Source: Thermoplasmata archaeon
GTDB lineage: Archaea; Thermoplasmatota; Thermoplasmata; Lutacidiplasmatales; UBA184
Assembly: GCA_022749845.1 (NCBI GenBank)
Contig: JAKIWX010000002.1
Location: forward strand, 478-64,477
Direction of reading: 5' to 3'
Length of the DNA: 64,000 nt
A model generated the notes under the pieces. The model saw only the letters and a list, made by a program, of their open reading frames with translations, was not told where the DNA came from and searched no databases. How positions within the stretch are numbered: the stretch's first letter is position 1; the number at the start of each line of letters is the position of its first letter. The translations under genes and the position numbers were made by a program. This document shows positions 63,985 through 64,000 of this stretch, one piece after another.

Positions 63985-64000
63985 CGCGGGTTGCCTCCAT

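Overview
Very GC-rich archaeal chromosomal segment, densely packed with about 65 genes. Archaeal origin is supported by RadA, the L7Ae/S28e/L24e ribosomal cluster, an archaeal-type TyrRS, geranylgeranyl reductase plus ferredoxin, a Pcc1-like protein, an archaeal-type SRP (7S) RNA, and A/T-rich TATA hexamers 20-40 nt upstream of starts in otherwise GC-rich DNA. Proteins are Arg/Ala-rich rather than Asp/Glu-rich. This suggests a non-halophilic high-GC lineage, possibly Thermoplasmatota-like, but that placement is inference only. Most content is housekeeping: purH, purC, mutY, trx/trxB, hutH, glyA, ndk, map, tsaC-like, tyrS, malic enzyme and a split MetE. There is also a WtpABC/ModE-like tungstate/molybdate uptake operon, an ABC-2 exporter and an MFS transporter. 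No tRNA, rRNA, CRISPR array, transposase or integrase was recognised. All family calls come from reading motifs in the supplied translations; no alignments or searches were run. Because of the GC content, many long ORFs in the track are antisense or out-of-frame artefacts and were discarded. Items worth a second look: (1) a module of small ORF, FtsK/HerA/TraG-type ATPase fused to a PD-(D/E)xK-like domain, and a 2H phosphoesterase; (2) a PQQ beta-propeller fused to an OppB-type permease, followed by two tandem OppC paralogs with no binding protein or ATPase nearby; (3) a nickel SOD (sodN) with its maturation peptidase (sodX) in an archaeal context; (4) two conserved genes interrupted only by in-frame stop codons (5 stops, no frameshift); (5) a solo Cas4-like nuclease split at a predicted membrane hairpin; (6) a coiled-coil KaiC/RecA-like protein with a degenerate Walker A; (7) a candidate small ncRNA with a perfect 14-bp stem; plus several repeats and operator-like motifs.
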